Shown one piece after another: positions 63,967-64,000 of a stretch of DNA of 64,000 nucleotides. Within the stretch, counting starts at the first letter, position 1. The number at the start of each line of letters is the position of its first letter. The notes below the pieces were generated by a model. That model did not search any database and was not told where the DNA came from. It saw nothing but the letters and a program-made list of their open reading frames with translations. The position numbers were made by a program, and so were the translations under genes. The stretch is taken from the NCBI GenBank assembly GCA_043228905.1, contig JBHGNT010000003.1, positions 23,560,001-23,624,000 of the forward strand, written 5' to 3'. Source of the stretch: Azolla caroliniana. Lineage: Eukaryota; Plantae; Polypodiophyta.

Positions 63967-64000
63967 CTGAAAAAATCATATCAAAAACTTCACATCATTT

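Overview
Eukaryotic, AT-rich land-plant nuclear DNA. The PLS-class PPR style and TORNADO1-like gene expansion suggest a fern or other seed-free plant (inference). Left to right: the 5' part of an unidentified spliced gene (minus strand); a LINE remnant; a tandem cluster of three TORNADO1-like ROCO (LRR-Roc GTPase-COR) loci on the minus strand; several MITEs; a second LINE interrupted by a solo LTR; peptide deformylase 1A; splicing factor YJU2/CCDC94 head-to-head with an SLX1-like GIY-YIG nuclease; two PLS-E class PPR genes; and the 3' part of a PP2A B55 regulatory subunit gene with a 1-kb hAT element in an intron. In the ROCO cluster, one copy has a microsatellite frameshift and a GC-AG intron, one has a truncated or disrupted LRR region, and one is a decayed fragment. 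This cluster is the most notable feature. Its Roc-COR-C-terminal core is intact in two copies while the N-terminal LRR exons are divergent or broken, a birth-and-death pattern reminiscent of immune-receptor clusters (hypothesis). All coordinates and alignments were read by eye.
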